Of a stretch of DNA of 64,000 bases, positions 1 through 11,180 are shown piece by piece. The translations under genes and the position numbers were made by a program. The stretch spans positions 3,596,001-3,660,000 of the forward strand of contig NW_026867487.1 in the NCBI RefSeq assembly GCF_020745735.1, in the 5' to 3' direction. Origin of the DNA: Hemiscyllium ocellatum. Taxonomy: Eukaryota. Below the pieces are notes generated by a model that was given only the letters and a program-made list of their open reading frames with translations, was not told the origin of the DNA and did no database searches. The first letter of the stretch is position 1. Every line of letters starts with the position of its first letter.

Positions 1-59
1 GAACAACCCGATCAAACTGGTTGGTAACTTTGAGGCATTTATGGGTAAGGATCCCAAGA

Positions 60-370
60 TGCCACTATTGCTCCACACTGCCAAGAATATTGCCTTTCAC
101 CCTGTAATCTGCATTCAAATTTTACCTTGCGAAGTGAATGACTTCACATATTTCCAGTTTGAACTTCATTTGCCACTTCTCAGCCCTGTTCTGTATCTTG
201 TCAATATCTTGTTTCAACCAACAACAGTTGGTTGCACTCTCTCCAACATGACCAACCTTCGTATCATTGGCAAAATTACTAAGCCACCCTTCTACTCCTT
301 CATCCAAGTCATTTGTAAAGTTCACAAAGTAAAGATGTCATAGAACTGATCGCTGCAAAGCATCACTGGC
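60..370 (-). mobile_element. CR1-type LINE reverse transcriptase fragment
   Basis: Minus ORF FANDTKVG...LKQDIDKIQNRAEKWQMKFKLEICEVIHF matches the CR1 RT FADDTK...WQMxFNxxKCEVxHF region. Confidence 0.8.
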
Positions 371-398
371 CATCGAGCTCCAGTCTGAATAGTTTGAA

Positions 399-640
399 TT
401 ATTTAGTGTGGGAACAGGCCCTCCGATCCAACAAGTCCACACCAACCCATTCCACTACGGGCAAATTATTATGGCCAATTCACCAAACCTGTACATCTTT
501 AGAAGGAAATTGGAGCACACGCACCCACGCACGGGCAGAATGTGCAAACTCCACACAGACAGTCGCCTGAGGCGGGAATTGAACCCAGCTCTTTAATGCT
601 GCGAAACAGCAGTTCGAACCATTGTGCCACCATGCCGCCC
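399..640 (-). mobile_element. tRNA-derived SINE (HE1-like shark SINE), internally deleted
   Basis: Starts GGGCGGCATGGTGGCAC with A box and GGTTCAATTCC B box on minus; similar to the copies at 3449, 19419 and 33971. Confidence 0.85.
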
Positions 641-2479
641 CACAGCTAGTGCCTCGCTCTGTCTTTTATGGGCCAGCCAATTCTTTATCTAGACAGAAAT
701 GTTTCCATGTATTGCATGTCCTCCTTAGTTTCTGAATGAGCCTACTATGCGAAACTTAATCGGCCTCGAAATACAGATACGAAAAAAAAGCCCAAAATGG
801 ACTGACCTTGTGTACTAGCCTGTACCGTGGTCATAAATTCTCAACTGCATTGCATCAACGTTGGAAAGATGTGCTTGAAATATTAATCTGCCTGTGTGTG
901 AATGTCATGCTTGGATTTTCATATACATTGTGTGTTTGTTGAATGAATGTTCGTGTGGGGAATCGTTGAAGTTGTTTCTCAACGCTAGAAAACACAATGA
1001 AAAGTCATCGCTTTGCTATTAGATTTGGATTCACTGTAGTTTTAGACTTTATACTATGGTCAGCAATCATCCAAGTTACCGATAGTTGCAGCTGATGGGA
1101 ACTCCAGGAACACAGAAAAAAAATGGTGTTACTTTAATTTGGCAGCCTTCACTTACTAATAAGAAATAAAAAAAAAGCATGCCATGTGGCTTCTAATGCT
1201 GAACAGCTGAAGACATCTGGTCTAATATCAAGTACAAATTATTCTGGGCGATGGTGGCATTAAATTTAACTACGAATTTAATGTTTTCTGCTTCTTCTTG
1301 AAAACAAAAATGCAAGCAATTGTTCAGACGAATGATAATGAAATCTTATAAATTATTTTTCTATCAGTTAGTACACATGGGTCACCACTGTGTAATTTTC
1401 TCTCTAAAGGATAATCAGATAGTGTGTACCATCATAACAATTAGAAAGATAGAGTGATTTATTTCTCATGAGACGTTTCGGGCGGTCTGTGCAATCCCAC
1501 CACATCTATACCTATCGAAATTAACCTCCGCCTTCTATGCAATATCCTCATTTCACTGAGATGCAATCGCATCCTAATTCTGTGCCGCTTGCTTTAAAGC
1601 TACAATTGTGCCTGAATTTCATGTTGAAATTAAATGGTAGCATGTTCAAACATCTCATAAAAATGCCATCGGTCTCATGTGACAATTATCATCAATGTTG
1701 TTTTCAATGTAACTTCTTTACAACAAACATAGGTCAACGGTGGGGAAAAAAATGCCGAATGACTTGCAGTTGCCCCACGCTCTTCGCACTTTATTCGCAT
1801 ATAAAAGCTTTTGACATTCAGTTAAGCATTCTTGAACAATAATGCCCCGTCGTGCAGTGAAATGCATCTGTCGGTTTCCACTATGCAAAATGCAACAACC
1901 CAATGTTAGAGTCAACCATTCATATGTTTAATTACTACTGTAGAAGGATATATATTGTCCTAGAAACTGGGTAAATCTCTCTTCTTTTTCTCTGCTATGA
2001 TTCAAGGAAACACTTTAAATGTTTTTGAATCGGATAAGATCATGAGCATCAATGGGATAGTTACTGAAATTTAAGGAGTCGCCTTGATTCTATATTCAAT
2101 TAAGTATGTATTGAAGAGGTGCTGCACAATCTCTGAAAAATCCTAAAGACAACCAAAGTCAAGGAAATTTTGTAAGAAACACAGATTATTAATAATCATC
2201 TATGCAGCTGCAGTCAGCAAAGAAACAGAGGTGGAGATAGGCTGATACCCGAAAAATATGAGACCTCCCAATTTCTAGGTCTCATAAATTTTATGCCAAC
2301 CACTATAGATATATTTTAGTTCCAAATCCATAAGCGTTTATATGGAGTTCTTTCTATAAAATGCAGATTATTCAAAGATTTCAGTTTCTGTGATAACTAG
2401 CCTGGCAACACCTATTTTTGCAAGTTTTACAGACAATTGGAAATATTAAAATAAAGAACAGTTCCTCGGAGGGAAAGAC

Positions 2480-3130
2480 GCTTTTGCCCACTATGTCAGA
2501 ACAGAACACGACACCTTTCTAAACTAATCCCACCTGCCTCCACATGGTTAGTGTTCCTCAATTCCATGCCTGCTCATGTATCTGTCTTAATAATTATCAA
2601 TACTTGTTATCGTCCCCTCATCTCCCAATTCCCCTGGGAGCACTTTCCAGGCACCCAACACTCTTTCTTAAAAAGAAAGTTTGCCTCACGCAATTCATTT
2701 AAACTTTCCTCCCCAAATCTGATACCCAAGCCATTGAGTATTTGAGTTTTGCACTTTGGGAAAAATACTCAAAAATATGCATTGTATGACTGACTATCCT
2801 CCTGTCACATCTCTTCACCTGGGATACAACGATCCAGTGAAAACAATGTGAGTTAGTTTTTCGAACCTCTTCTAATACCAAATAATCCAGACAGCATTTT
2901 AGTAAAACACTTTTGCACTTCACTTACATCTGACATTGTGCCGACCAGAACTGCACACACACCTCCAAATGTTGCCAAATTGAATTTTTATACATTTGCA
3001 ACATGATCTGCCAACTTCTGCTCACAGTGCTCCATCAGATAATGGTAAGTATGCCATTTGCAATCTTTTCTGTCTTCTAGAGCTTTGGTTTGCACCCGTA
3101 TCCATATTCCTAATGATCCTAACATTTGCT
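2480..3130 (-). mobile_element. Degenerate CR1 LINE 3' fragment
   Basis: Similar to the younger CR1 copies at 17350 and 62795 (gaactgcacaca..., ttgcaacatgatct...). Confidence 0.65.
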
Positions 3131-3448
3131 GTGTTCTCTTCATCTAATATCTTATTGTCTTATTAGTTTCTTATTTGGTTGGGGATCCAGGTAAACGGAG
3201 AAAGGCAGGAGAATAGCGTTCAGCACTCTCTCACATTCTATCGAATGGAAGAGCACTCTCAATTAATAGAAAGGCATAATTTTGATTTTATACCTGAAGA
3301 GAATGTGTTCATTGGCAAATGATCATTTCAAACTTTAAGTTTTACGCGACTGCTTTATCCAATGCTGTTGGAATCAAATTATTATGTTTTAAATATTCAA
3401 GATAATCATATTGAGAAATCACATGAATCTTACAAGTTCGCTTTTTTT

Positions 3449-3759
3449 TTAGATTAGACTTACAGTGTGGAAACAGGCCCTTCGGCCCAACAAGTCCACA
3501 CCGACCCGCCGAAGCGCAACCCACCCATACCCCTACATTTACCCCTTACCTAACACTACGGGCAATTTAGCACAGCCAATTCACCTGACCCGCACATCTT
3601 TGTGACTGTGGGAGGAAACCGGATCACCCGGAGGAAACCCACGCAGACACGGGGAGAACGTGCAAACTCCACACAGTCAGTCGCCTGAGTCGGGAATTGA
3701 ACCCGGGTCCACAGGCGCTGTGAGGCAGCAGTGCTAACCACTGTGCCACCGTGCCGCCC
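3449..3759 (-). mobile_element. Full-length HE1-like SINE with (TCTAA)n tail
   Basis: Pol III A/B boxes, central conserved body and tagattag tail; near-identical to 33971-34289. Confidence 0.92.
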
Positions 3760-4442
3760 ACTAATTTGTTCCAAATGTATGAACGTTGTTAATGAATAAA
3801 GTTTCTCGGTCTCAATGAATGCTAGTGTCCTCTCGCTATACTTCTCATCTTTTTTTTCACTTTGTTCTCTCTACTCATTTGAAGACATTGGCAGTTTAAA
3901 GTTCATGTGCTCTATTATCAAATTAACGATTAGGTGTTGCAAGCATTTTGTTCTTTGCTCACAATTATTTAGTGTTCTCTGCAAAGTTATATCTGTGAAA
4001 TTCCGAATAAATCTTGAATGATAATTGGATCAGAGCGCGCTCTGTTGAGTTATGACTCCTCCATTTTCTTCATTGTGTAGCTTGATACTTTTCTGGACAC
4101 AGTTTTGCACTTATCTCCATGGCATGTCAGGGGTTCTATTTTATTTGAATTATTCAACAACGTACCTCCTGCTCCATCTAGTGTCTCCTTAAAATAAAGT
4201 CAGGTCGAACATTGAGTTCGTCTTGAATCATGAGACGATTATGAATGGATAGCAACAAGATATATCAACAGCAGCGCACAAAATTCTCTCAAATGTTCGA
4301 CGCCTCTTGCCATATGCCAGATTCTGTTAAGTTGCCGCACAGTTCTTTATCCCAAATTTACGTGATGAAGTATTTTGTTAATGCACACTCGTTTACACTG
4401 TGCGATCTATTTTTGGGCATAATCCATTCATCAAGATTGCTC

Positions 4443-4541
4443 ATTCTTGAATGAGGGCTTTTGCCAGAATGGTCGATTCTCCTGCTCCTCAGATGCTCCC
4501 TGAATGGCCGTGCTTTTCAAGTACAACACTCTCGACTCTGA
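4443..4541 (+). repeat. Degenerate Penelope terminal-repeat fragment
   Basis: gagggcttttgccagaatggtcgattctcctgctcctcagatgct...; same family as 25540, 33050, 54990 and 63950. Confidence 0.6.
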
Positions 4542-4829
4542 ATCATGGTAAAGTTGCATATGTTCAGATCATCTACACCTCAAAGGTGCAGCAGGGATTC
4601 AGAAACGAACATCACTGGCTGTTTCATTAGGAGCATTTAAGCTAAAAATTAGCACCATCATAGATTGAAATTTCTGCCCTTTTTCCTCTTTCTCATTTGA
4701 AGGACTACTGATGATGCCAAATACAGAAATGGCATAGCTGACAGTTAAAATAAGCTGGTGGTAACATACTCGTTTAGCGATAATGTAGTGAATGCAAATA
4801 CTCACAGATTCTAAGGCCTAGCTTCTCAT

Positions 4830-6910
4830 GACCAGTTGTAACGAGTTCATGACCAATATATTCCAGGAAGGAGAAAGTTAAATGATAGAAAATAAAGGGA
4901 CGGGGGAAATTATGAATTCAGTCAAAAGGAAAGAAAAAGTGTACATTAGATTTAGGAAATTAAAATCGGTCTGGCACCATGAGGAATCCCAGAATAGCCG
5001 GAAAATACAAAAGCAGGAAATATGAGAGTAAGGAAAGGACATGAAATGATCTTAGCAAGAAATGTTAAGAAGAAACGCACGGCATTTCAGGAATTCATTA
5101 TAAACGAGTGGAGAACGAGGGAGATGGTAGGAATGTAAATTAGGGGACTTATTCTTGAAGACGAGGCAATGTGGGTAAGATCCTAAATGAGTGCTTTGTA
5201 TCGTATTCACCCAGGTAAACTATATTGAGGTTAACAATATTTCTGTGGAGAATGCGAGGACGCTTGGGCATGTTGAGATCAAGAAAGAAGTGATATTGAA
5301 TCTCATGGAGAGCATAAAGGTGGATAGACCGCCAGGGCTCGACTGGATCTACCCCAGGGTATCTACCTCAGAAGATTGCTTGGACCTTGTTCAAGGTCTT
5401 TGTACCCTCGTTAACCACTGGAGAGTTCCAAGAAAACACAACTTAGCGAATGCTATTCCTCTATTCATGAAGGCAAGGAGGTATAATCCAGTAAACTAAA
5501 GGCAGCTGATTCACATAATTATGGTTGGGAAGATGTTGGAGAGATTTGGAAATCCATGCCTAATTAGGGAGTGTGAGCATAGTTGTTTGCAGGACAGGTC
5601 ATGCCGTACTGACTTGACTGAATTTTTTCACGAGGTGGCAAAGCGGTTTGATTATAGTAAAGCAGTGGATGTTGTTTAAATGGATTTTAGTCTGGCTTTC
5701 AACAAGTCCCTCATGGTCGACTAATCGAGAAGACTGAGATACATGGGTTCCCTGGTGACTTGGTTGTGTGTATTCCGAATTGGCTTGCACATAGAAATTA
5801 AAAATCACACAACACCAGGTTATAATCCAACAGTTTTATTTGGAAGTACAAGCTTTAGCCGCCAAATAAAACTGTTGGACCATAACCTATCATTATGTGA
5901 CTATTAACTCTGTTCACCCGAGTCCAACACCGTATTTTCACATCATTTCCCATCGTGGACAAAGTGTATCGGTGGAATGGCATTTTTCAGGTTGGAGGTT
6001 CATGACTAATGGTGTTCTCCAGGTTGCAGTTTGCAGATGACGCACAGATCAGTGGAATTATGGATAGTATTGAAGTTGTCAAAAGATACAACAGGATATA
6101 AAGTCGTTGCAGGTATGGGCATAGAAATGGCAGTTAGTGCTTAATCCAGCGAAGTGAGACTGCTACATTTTGAGAACTTAAATGCTACGAAAAATTGTAC
6201 AGTTCATGATGGAATTCTGAAGAACATTGCTGTACAGAATGATATTGGGGTTCAAGTCCATAACTCTGTGGAAGTGGTCATACAAGTAGGTGGGTTGGCA
6301 GAGAAGACACATGGCGTGCTTGACTTTATTATTTGAGGACTTCAGTACAAGAGTCAGGATGACATGCTGCAGCTGTATAAGACTTTGGTGAGGCTATCCG
6401 TTGCGTATTACATTCAAGAGTGGTCGCCGCACCACAGGAAGGATGTGGAGGCATGGGAGAAGGTCCAGAAGAGATTTGTCAGGATGCTTCCTCGATTGGC
6501 AGTATGAATTCTGGGGAGACATTTTCAAATCTCAAGGTATTTTGTCTTGAGTGGCGATGGTTGAGGGGAGCATTGATAGAAATCTATAAAATTATGAGAT
6601 ACCGAGATAAGATTAATGATCACAATTCTTTGCCATGAATTGAAATGTGTAATACAACAGGACATCCATTTAAGAAGAGAAGGGGAAAGTTCAAAGGAGA
6701 CGTGAAGGCAGTTTTACTTACACGGAGAGTGTTCTGACAGCGTCTGCCTGCAACAGCGCCTCTGGTCAGAGATGTTATTGCAGGCAGATGCTGTCAGAAC
6801 ACTTAAGGGTCATTTAGGTTTGCACGTAAATATGCAAGGAATGGAAGGAATGAAACAAGGGCAGGCAAAAATGATAAAATTTCATTTGGAATCATGTTTG
6901 ACACAACATC
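4830..6910 (+). mobile_element. Long degenerate CR1 LINE (RT region to 3' end), interrupted by a fold-back insert at about 5800-5945
   Basis: Translatable remnants IKVDRPPGLDWIYPRV, LANAIPLFMK, YNPVN, FADD-like and KRFxRML-like segments. Confidence 0.8.
5800..5945. repeat. Fold-back (inverted repeat) insert derived from a Penelope terminal repeat
   Basis: Arms 5817-5843 and 5862-5888 are reverse complements at 25/27 positions around an 18-nt loop. Confidence 0.75.
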
Positions 6911-7364
6911 TTGGCCCAAATGGCATATTCTTGTGCGGTACTCTTCTACCTGCTCTCTTCTATTCAAAGTTCCAATGGACATATTTTCGATAAGTGTATC
7001 GAGGTTTATGTGAAAAGGCAGCAATGTGATTTTGATGAGGATTAGATCATTCATCTTGTTGATTGATAGTTGGATTCGAAGACCTGAATGGAAACTTCCA
7101 CTCCTATGTTTTTAGTCGATGCTCTTACAGTATCGACTCTTACAGCAAACTACATGAAACCATTGATATGACATTCACCCAAGAGATTTCAGGTGTCTTT
7201 AAAAAAATGAAACTGCAGAATCCAATTGGACACACACGCCATATACCATATGATCGTGGACCTTTAAACCACCCACATCTAGCCAGATATGAATTCACGG
7301 AAAGTCCATACTAATCATACAGATCAATGTTAGCAGCGAGGCCCCCAGCCTCCGGTCCTGGTCG

Positions 7365-7432
7365 AGAGGCGTCACGCTGGTTCAGAGCGATGCTACACTT
7401 GCTGAATTATAAGGTCACGTGACAGGAAGCCC
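7365..7432 (+). promoter_or_regulatory. Putative V-segment promoter: CRE half-site, palindromic E-box GTCACGTGAC and adjacent ETS core AGGAAG
   Basis: CGTCA 7370-7374, TATAA 7408-7412, GTCACGTGAC 7414-7423, AGGAAG 7424-7429, about 220 nt upstream of the leader ATG in a locally CpG-richer patch. Confidence 0.5.
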
Positions 7433-7642
7433 TGACACACTCGCACTCCGCCATCACCACTCACATGCTGCCCTCTCTCAGAACTTTACTTTGTGTTTAC
7501 ATGTACAGGTTACCCACGTCCAGAGGTTGCACAATACGGCGTGTCGAGCAGAGTTGGATTTTAACCAGTGCTGATTTCTCAAGGAGCCTTTCCTGGTCAA
7601 AATCTACAGATAGTTGCATCACAGAAGTAAAGAAGATTCGAT

Positions 7643-7700
7643 ATGAAGCTGGGCTTAACTTTTCTGCTCGTCTCCCTAAATTCTTTACTATTCTCTTTTG
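7643..7700 (+). CDS. TRAV: Leader (signal peptide) exon of a TCR V gene segment, MKLGLTFLLVSLNSLLFSF(G/A)
   Basis: ATG at 7643, 19 hydrophobic codons plus 1 nt, then GTGAGT donor at 7701 (phase 1). It splices in frame to the V exon across a 177-nt intron. Confidence 0.88.
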
Positions 7701-7877
7701 GTGAGTGTGACTGTTGCTTATGTTGGAAACATGTATATGATATGATGATATGTTGTGTTTGACAGATTTTGCTGCTGCATGATTTTATATCATCGGATTT
7801 TGAACTCTATTGCATTGTATTAAAATATGTTATACACTACTGTATGTTATTTCTGTTTATCTTTCCATTCTCCTCAG

Positions 7878-8150
7878 CTGTTGCAGGTAGCAACGAGGTG
7901 TCACAGTCATCAGAATTAGTGATCGTTATCGAGGGAAACACTGCAATATTGACCTGTACCACCACAGTAGCAGGGCGGATCCTACAGTGGTACATTCAAT
8001 ACACGGACGGAACCATGAAGCATCTGGTGAGCGGTACCAGCAATCGGGACAGGATTGCTGCTCAGTTCAGTTCAGTGGAGAAGAGAAGCACTCTGAATGT
8101 TCATGACATTCGAGTGACAGACATTGCCACCTATTTCTGCGCAGTAGAGA
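7878..8150 (+). CDS. TRAV: T-cell receptor V gene segment exon (V-alpha/delta locus type), open frame, apparently functional
   Basis: Pyrimidine tract and CAG acceptor at 7875-7877. Translates AVAGSNEVSQSSELVIVIEGNTAILTC...LQWYIQY...TLNVHDIRVTDIATYFCAVE, with both canonical Cys, the Trp and the DxxxYxC motif. Ends directly at an RSS heptamer. Confidence 0.92.
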
Positions 8151-8189
8151 CACAATGAAGCCAAGATCAGTGAGGACCGTACAAAAACC
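8151..8189 (+). other. Recombination signal sequence, 23-bp spacer (CACAATG-23-ACAAAAACC)
   Basis: Heptamer 8151-8157 (6/7 match to CACAGTG), exactly 23-nt spacer 8158-8180, perfect nonamer 8181-8189. Confidence 0.95.
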
Positions 8190-9654
8190 TGCTCAGTGGA
8201 TGCCTTACAGTTTTCACTCCGTGCAGTTGTCAGATCCAACAGCATTCCTCATTATGCGCAAAAGACCAGGCTGACCTGATGTGGGTTTACTTGTTAACAT
8301 CAGACATGAAATGTCAACGTTCAAAAAATCAATTATATCCTGTTATAGTAGAAAACTGATATGACTTGGCCTCAATGAACTTTCCTATGGGTTGCTGTGC
8401 TGTTGCTGCGATTTTATATTTCAATAATTGCATGCAATCCTCGTATATATAAGAGTTCAAAGCTCTGGAAATACAGTGTATGCATTCATACATTATCTGG
8501 GAGTTTTCTCTGCCTCTGTCATCACGTCAACATTATTGGTCAGTTATTTGACAAAGTTACATATTCGAGACATTCAGGTAAGTGGCTAAACTTGTGAGCT
8601 TTTATTGATTGGAAAAAAGGTCGGAACCGCAATATAAAAGTTTAATGTATAAACCTGCTAACATTAAATTTTCTAAACTTCTCGTGAATCTATCCCCTCC
8701 AACTGAAGTTCTAAAATTTATAAGAAACAAATGTTTGTGTTATTTTGGATAGGGTCTTGAGTTCTATTAAATTCTAAGATTGTGTATCAGCAGAAATGAA
8801 GGAATTCACTAAAGACAATCGCTGCCAGAAAATGTTTGTTTTCTGGTAACAAAACAACTAATATTTACCTGAAAACAGGTAACTTACTTGACGGTGATGC
8901 TACAAAGATAAGTGGCATGCGAAAATGGTATGTTATGGTTTCCACCAACATTCGAACAAATAACAAAAAGAAAACCGATAGGAACTACCATTTCGACATG
9001 TTTTGTCTTTTAATATGAAAACTGTCTTTACATACAAAACAGTATCCAGATCACAAGTATGAAACAGAAAAAAATGCAAGAAATGTTACCTGTATTATTT
9101 AAATTGCAGATTTAAAGAACTGAGAAATAAGGGAAGAAGAAGATTAAATAATTATTATTTAATACGTGCAAAGGGGGCATCATTAAAAAAAAACGAATGT
9201 TGGGCAAGTTATGATATTAAATAACTCTTACAAAGACCCAAAGATAGGAAAATCGCTCCTTCCATCGTCGGAGACTTCATGACTGTATCTTTTTGAAGCT
9301 TCTTCGACTTTGTTTTTTCATTATGCTAGTCTCATTGAATCATGAGCAGGTGCAGTATGGTCACAGACTTCAGAAAATGTGACCGTTGCTACTTCTGAAC
9401 CACCAGTTCTGAGTGCAACTGAGAATCAACACTCACTTCACTTAAATTAAACCTGCAGTTTCCCCGGTTTCCGTCGATTCTGTTTGTTTCTCTCCTCTGA
9501 CCCAGTTACTGACATGTGTAACTGCAGCATTAAAATCAGCATGTCTTGACAATAACATATATGACAAGAATTTAACAACTGTCATACCCTTTACTGAGGA
9601 ATTATAAACCTGATGGCAAGGAGTTGCGAGAGCACCACTCATTTGATTCCACAT

Positions 9655-10030
9655 ATGCAGGGTTTGTTTTTCACGAGGAGAGATTTAATGGATTGGGCTG
9701 ATATTCAATGGTGGTAAAAGAATGAGAGACGACCTCATTGTCACAAAAACGTTTGTCAGAAACTGGATAGGGTTGATGCCAAAAATATATATTTTTATTG
9801 TGACGGAATGAAGGACCAGAAATCATTATAGTAAAGCAAAGCCTCAAGGTAGAGACGAGGATCTACATTTTCTCTGACAGTGTAGTGTATCTATGGAATT
9901 ATTCAATGCAGAGAATTATTGGGGTAGAATCATTAACTTTACTCACTGCTGAGATGTGCAGATTTTTATTCAGTATGTGTTTCAAGTGTTATTCGAACTG
10001 GCAGGAAACTGGAGCTGAATATGGTCAGAA
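9655..10030 (+). mobile_element. Degenerate CR1 3' fragment
   Basis: Resembles the CR1 C-terminal region (LYSMxxKRMRDDLI..., gtggtgtatctatggaatt). Confidence 0.55.
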
Positions 10031-10429
10031 TTAACTATGACTTCCTCGCAGCGAAGTCTAATTTCATGAATGCTTATTTATCTTCCTACATCTTGTGGCC
10101 TAATGGCGGCATTTATTCCCCTGGAGAAGATGATAGTGAAATGGTCTCTTGGACTGCTGCCAATATCAATGTGCTGCTCAAGTGCCAATACTGATATCAA
10201 CAAAAGTGTTTCGAAGATCTTCCATAAATGACAGTGGTGCCATGTTTCAACTTCAACGTTGCCTGTTGCTTTAAAGCGAGTTTGGAATCATTGTAGTAAA
10301 ATGCCTCATCTTCACAAAGAAAAGCATAAATGTCGTTGCTTGTAAGGTACTGTAATTGCATTTGACCTCTCGACCCACTTAAAACACTAAAGGTTGGCAG
10401 AAAAAAAAGTAAATGCGTATGATATACAG

Positions 10430-10790
10430 TTATTAAGAAGGAGGATCACTGTGTGATTTGAATACCGTTAAGGTAGATCAGTCCCCCTTGCCCAGATAGA
10501 ATCTATCTGAAGATACAAAGGATGCAAGGAAGTCGGCCATGGGAACTTGGCAGATATTTTTGAATCTGCTTTCACCATAGTCGTGGTCCAAGAAAATTAG
10601 ATAATAGCCAACGTTGTTCCTATTTTTAAGAAGGGTAACGGGGATAATTTACTGAATAAAAGGCCACCGAGTGTTACACCACAGATAGGGTCATGATCGG
10701 AGAGGATTCTTAGAGACAAGAACAATGTAACATTTGGAAATATTTGTGAACAAGGTAGAGAATGGAAGAGACTTTTATTTCCCTTCCATC
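10430..10790 (+). mobile_element. Degenerate CR1 RT N-terminal fragment
   Basis: KVDQSPLPDRIY..., ANVVPIFKKG...N.Y...RP motifs on +. Confidence 0.65.
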
Positions 10791-10987
10791 TCGGATCTCA
10801 ATATTGTATCTATCTTCAGTGGTTTTCGCTACACTGAAACATAGGATCATGGCTAATGAAGTTTGGAAAATGACAGCGTTTGCAACCTGCACGTCATACA
10901 CATGTAAAACAAAAACATTCGCTTCGTCAAAACTTTAGAAACAAATCATATGGCATGAAAAAAAACTTTTGTTTATTTTTACAATCT

Positions 10988-11040
10988 GAGTTCATGTCCC
11001 AACTGAATTATTCCTCTTGAGACTAGCATCTGGCATAAAA
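10988..11040 (+). promoter_or_regulatory. Conserved proximal promoter block of GPCR gene 1 (AATTA + CCTCTTGAGA + ATAAAA)
   Basis: Aligns by eye with 30743-30790 (minus), upstream of the paralog, at nearly the same distance from the ATG. Confidence 0.6.
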
Positions 11041-11110
11041 CAGGAAAGCATCGACTATTTGACAGTCGCAGGGCCACAGTTATTGAGATTCCTCCAGGTT
11101 CCCCAAGTCG

Positions 11111-11180
11111 ATGCATGGGCCAGCAAAAGGCATCTTTTATGCCATTTGTTATCCAGTTCTCGCTGCTATTGGTGTTCCGG
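11111..11180 (+). CDS. GPR139-like: GPR139-like GPCR gene 1, exon 1 (MHGPAKGIFYAICYPVLAAIGVP)
   Basis: 70-nt coding exon ending at GTAATT donor (11181, phase 1). Homologous to exon 1 of gene 2 and completes TM1. Confidence 0.88.

Noticed and set aside
1354-1392. Minus-strand CACAGTG + 23 nt + AGAAAAATA
   Set aside because: No V, D or J coding sequence abuts the heptamer; treated as a chance cryptic RSS.
9347-9480. SQTSENVTV...VLS resembling the start of the intact V exon
   Set aside because: No Trp, no second Cys and no RSS at the expected distance; the similarity is too short to exclude chance.
8190-11000. Search for D/J segments downstream of the V (NAR-TCR V-D-J cassette)
   Set aside because: No 12-RSS pair or FGxG J motif was recognised by eye.
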